The notes under the pieces were generated by a model. It had not been told where the DNA came from. It saw only the letters and a program-made list of their open reading frames with translations, and searched no databases. The position numbers and the translations under genes were made by a program. Positions 43,922 through 46,045 of a stretch of DNA of 46,045 nucleotides are shown one piece after another (position 1 is the stretch's first letter; every line of letters begins with the position of its first letter). Source of the stretch: a virus (lineage: Duplodnaviria; Caudoviricetes); the IMG/VR virus record IMGVR_UViG_3300037467_000747, positions 1 to 46,045 of that record; one strand, 5' to 3'.

Positions 43922-44106
43922 CCCTCATCTCGCGTCTGTATCGGTTCAGTAGGTTCGGCGACGTCATACAGCCACACGAACGCCGCCGCGGTACCGAGAC
44001 CCAAGGACACCAGGCCCCAACCGAGCCCGAGCGCCAGATAGATCCCGACCGCGATCAGTAGGACCCCGGCGAAGTAGCCGAGGCGGGCGCGGATCACACG
44101 GGTCAC
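43912..44106 (-). CDS. Small membrane protein between TerL and portal
   Basis: Two hydrophobic helices; typical position. Confidence 0.7.
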   Translation of the reverse strand: MTRVIRARLGYFAGVLLIAVGIYLALGLGWGLVSLGLGTAAAFVWLYDVAEPTEPIQTRDEGWM

Positions 44107-45557
44107 GCGAACACGCCCCACGGCTCAACCTCCGTTGTTGTCGGGCCATGGACCGCGAATCCGTGCAATGCGAGCGTCACCGCGACCAGTTGGCTGATTT
44201 CGCGGTTCGGGTTGCGCCGATTCCAGGCGAAACCCTCACCCAGTGGCCTCGTGGTGGCCGCCTTCACCGCCGCAGTCAAGGCATCCTTGCCGAGGTGCCG
44301 CAGCCGGTCCTCGACAACAGCATCGAAGAACGCCCCGCAAGCCTGGGCCATGTCGCTGGCGCTGGTCACCTCGATGTCGATCTTCGCTTCAGCGAACGCC
44401 GGCAGCAGTGAAGCGGCAGCAGAACGGCCGTCGATCACCACCGCGCACGGCTTCCACTTCTCCACAAGTTCCGCGACCCGGTCCACGAGCCACGCCGTGC
44501 CTTTAGCTGACGCGACCACACCGACATGCGAGAGTCCGTCGGCCCTGCGGCCGGCCACCGCGATGCACGCAGTCTTCCGATCGGGTGACACGTCGACCGC
44601 GAACGCCACCGGGTCGACTGGCTCAGAACCTCTGTCTGTGCGTTGCGCCCACAACTCGGGGTCGATGCCCGTCTCGAGGACTTCCGCCGGGTCGTCCCAC
44701 CATCCCAGCCGCTCCCGGGCGAACTCGGCCGGGGTCAAGGCACGGCGTTCGGCGGCGATGTACTCCACGGTGATGCGGCGGTCAAGGGCTGGGTTCGCCT
44801 TGCGTACCTGCTCGATGTCATCCAACGCACAGCCGACAGCCTTCAGGGAGTGGTCACACTCCTCGTCTGCGCAACTGTTCTCCGGTGCACAGAACTCCAT
44901 GTACACCAGCCGTGGATCCCCGGTCCGTCCACGGTCACGGACACCCCGCAACACCGCGGAACTGGCGTACCCGGCCGATGAGCCATAGAGAACCTGAGGA
45001 TCAGGCTTCGCCGACAGCGTCGGGAGCAGAGCGCCCATGTGGACCGGCTGTAGCGCGAACCCCTCATCGAGGAACACGTCATCCCCAGTCAGGCCCTTAC
45101 CACCGGTCTTCGTCCGGGCCTTGAACTTGATCCGCCGGTCATCCCGCAACTCGATCGCTTCGTCGCCGTTACCGTAGTGGATCTTCATCACCTGACGGTC
45201 CAGCGACGGACACGACTCGATCATCTGCGTCAGATCCCGGAACGCCTCCTGGGCGGTGCCGAATTCATGCGCCGACCAGACGATCAGCTTCCGGTCGAGG
45301 ATGAACGACTTACCGAGAGCGACCATCTTGAGGAAGCCGGTCTTCATGTTCTGGCGGGCGCAGATGATGCACACCTCGAACGCCTCATGCATGCCGTGAC
45401 GGTTCAACGCGAACGTCGCATCCAGCAACAGTTGCTGCTCAGGATCCGGCGTCAGCCCCGCCAGAGCGGCCAACTCACCCACCTCCGGGCCCAGGGTCCG
45501 GGCGTATTCCGGGTGAGTGAAGTACGCCGGCTCAACCAGAAGCGCGGAGTCTGTCAC
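44103..45557 (-). CDS. terL: Terminase large subunit
   Basis: ARQNMKT Walker A variant, FLDEG Walker B, ANPAL, FARERLGWW, AVDVSPDR nuclease motif. Confidence 0.95.
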   Translation of the reverse strand: MTDSALLVEPAYFTHPEYARTLGPEVGELAALAGLTPDPEQQLLLDATFALNRHGMHEAFEVCIICARQNMKTGFLKMVALGKSFILDRKLIVWSAHEFGTAQEAFRDLTQMIESCPSLDRQVMKIHYGNGDEAIELRDDRRIKFKARTKTGGKGLTGDDVFLDEGFALQPVHMGALLPTLSAKPDPQVLYGSSAGYASSAVLRGVRDRGRTGDPRLVYMEFCAPENSCADEECDHSLKAVGCALDDIEQVRKANPALDRRITVEYIAAERRALTPAEFARERLGWWDDPAEVLETGIDPELWAQRTDRGSEPVDPVAFAVDVSPDRKTACIAVAGRRADGLSHVGVVASAKGTAWLVDRVAELVEKWKPCAVVIDGRSAAASLLPAFAEAKIDIEVTSASDMAQACGAFFDAVVEDRLRHLGKDALTAAVKAATTRPLGEGFAWNRRNPNREISQLVAVTLALHGFAVHGPTTTEVEPWGVFA

Positions 45558-45921
45558 GACGCGCCCTCAGTTCATCCAGCGGATCAGCAGCGAGTACGGC
45601 ACCGGCAGTCGCCTCGGTCATCACCGTCCGTAGTTCGCGGCTGAGTGTCGCCACGCTCGACCCGGTAGACATCGGAGACACGATCCGGCGCGCCAACTCC
45701 AGCGCCTGATGCCCCAAGACCGTGTCCAGACGGTCAGCGGCCTCAAGCTCCCTGCGGGTGGCCTCAACCAGCCCAGCCGGCTGCTCAGGCTCAAGCGGAA
45801 CGACCTCGGCCACCGTTGCCGGGTTGCGTTCGTTCCGCTTCCGGCATGAAGCACCACAGAACCGGGAGTTCGGCCGCTTGGCCTCATACGGCTTCCCGCA
45901 CACATCGCAAGGTCGCATCAT
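45532..45921 (-). CDS. terS: Terminase small subunit
   Basis: N-terminal CxxC..C...C, LARRI...VATLSRELR...DPLDELRARR; directly upstream of TerL. Confidence 0.8.
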   Translation of the reverse strand: MMRPCDVCGKPYEAKRPNSRFCGASCRKRNERNPATVAEVVPLEPEQPAGLVEATRRELEAADRLDTVLGHQALELARRIVSPMSTGSSVATLSRELRTVMTEATAGAVLAADPLDELRARRDRLRASG

Positions 45922-46013
45922 CTCGACCTCCAGTGGGAATCAACTGCCGTGACTCGTAGCGCTGCGTCACGTGACTTCAGCACTCAGAGAGAGAAGGCGG
46001 GACTGGCACGGGG

Positions 46014-46045
46014 GTCCCCAGGCGTGGTGACTTTGCGTCGTGACC
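46014..46045 (+). repeat. Terminal 32-bp direct repeat, right copy
   Basis: Identical to 1-32. Confidence 0.95.

Larger units (their letters stand above)
1..46045. mobile_element. Complete temperate actinobacteriophage genome (siphovirus morphology predicted), circular contig
   Basis: Full set of packaging, head, tail, lysis, integration and replication modules; the two ends overlap. Confidence 0.95.

Overview
This window is an apparently complete genome of a high-GC temperate tailed phage (siphovirus layout, HK97-fold head) infecting an Actinomycetota host. The host is probably not a mycolic-acid bacterium, since the lysin is an amidase and no LysB is recognisable. Bases 1-32 are repeated exactly at 46014-46045, so the contig is circular (46,013 bp unique) and is opened between the HNH gene and the small terminase, next to the likely cos site. 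Minus strand, right to left: TerS, TerL, portal, prohead protease, major capsid, head-tail genes with a 6-gene insert, major tail, tail chaperones with a -1 frameshift, tape measure, three minor tail proteins and a membrane-protein-rich lysis cassette. Plus strand 14.7-21.3 kb: XRE, membrane protein, XRE, tyrosine integrase, attP, Ltp lipoprotein and small accessory genes. Minus strand 14.6 kb to 49: early/replication arm with Xis-like HTH, RusA-like, ERF, two DNA methyltransferases, HNH, replication initiator, helicase, putative late regulator, T5orf172 and HNH. Most notable observations: (i) the replication initiator appears to start at a non-canonical ATT codon directly after an in-frame TAG, and carries a 12-bp-periodic iteron array; (ii) an unusual immunity region made of leaderless genes with a membrane component; (iii) several structured non-coding elements and RBS-occluding hairpins; (iv) micro-ORFs missed by the ORF track. 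No tRNA, CRISPR array or reverse transcriptase was seen. All family assignments are by motif recognition and synteny, not by database search.
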